From the NCBI RefSeq assembly GCF_036365525.1, contig NC_090374.1:149137804-149201803 (forward strand): 64,000 bases of DNA. Reading direction: 5' to 3'. Every line of letters starts with the position of its first letter. Within the stretch, counting starts at the first letter, position 1. Of the stretch, positions 63,725 through 64,000 are shown one piece after another. Source of the DNA: Heterodontus francisci. Taxonomy: Eukaryota. The position numbers and the translations under genes were made by a program. The notes below the pieces were generated by a model, which saw only the letters and a program-made list of their open reading frames with translations, made no database searches and was not told the DNA's origin.

Positions 63725-64000
63725 ATTAAGAGGAACAGATAGGTAGATAGAGAGAAATTATTCCCACTAGTTGGAGAGTTTAATTAATCAAAAAAATTAG
63801 AGCCAGACCTTTCAGGAGTGAAATTAGGAAATAACTCTTCTGCAAAAGGTGGTAGAAGTTTGGAACCCTCATCTGCAAATGGCAATTGATGCTAAACCTG
63901 CAGTTAATTCTAAAACAGAGATGGTCAGCCAAAGGTATCAAAGAATATAGGGCAAAGGTGGGTAAATGGAGTTAGATCATTGATCAACCTTGATCTCATT

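Larger units (their letters stand above)
59012..64000 (+). mobile_element. Decayed CR1 ORF2, interrupted near its 3' end by the RTE element
   Basis: KSPGPDG, NYRPVSLT, GIPQGSMLGPQLF, SKFADG; reading continues after 63725. Confidence 0.88.

Overview
Repeat-rich vertebrate DNA, very probably from a cartilaginous fish; this is inferred from HE1/V-SINE-like SINEs, DeuSINE-like SINEs, abundant CR1-group LINEs and Penelope-like elements. The only host coding sequence I can support is one 124-nt minus-strand exon (30762-30885) matching exon 7 of PAX5, so the window is probably intron 6 and intron 7 of pax5. The rest is stacked transposons: a decayed Copia (GalEa-like) provirus with LTR and tRNA-iMet PBS, plus a related solo LTR; a complete but decayed two-gene Harbinger and its MITEs; many CR1/L2 fragments; Penelope-like elements with minimal hammerhead ribozymes; and a very young RTE LINE. 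A TE-poor block at ~44-47 kb may hold conserved enhancers. The most unusual observation is a CR1-group LINE (35147-38085, minus). It carries a tRNA-like Pol III A/B-box head almost directly on ORF2, has no ORF1 and very few sense-strand T-runs, and has head+tail deletion derivatives (SINEs) elsewhere in the window. All calls were made by eye; boundaries without a stated TSD/TIR are approximate.
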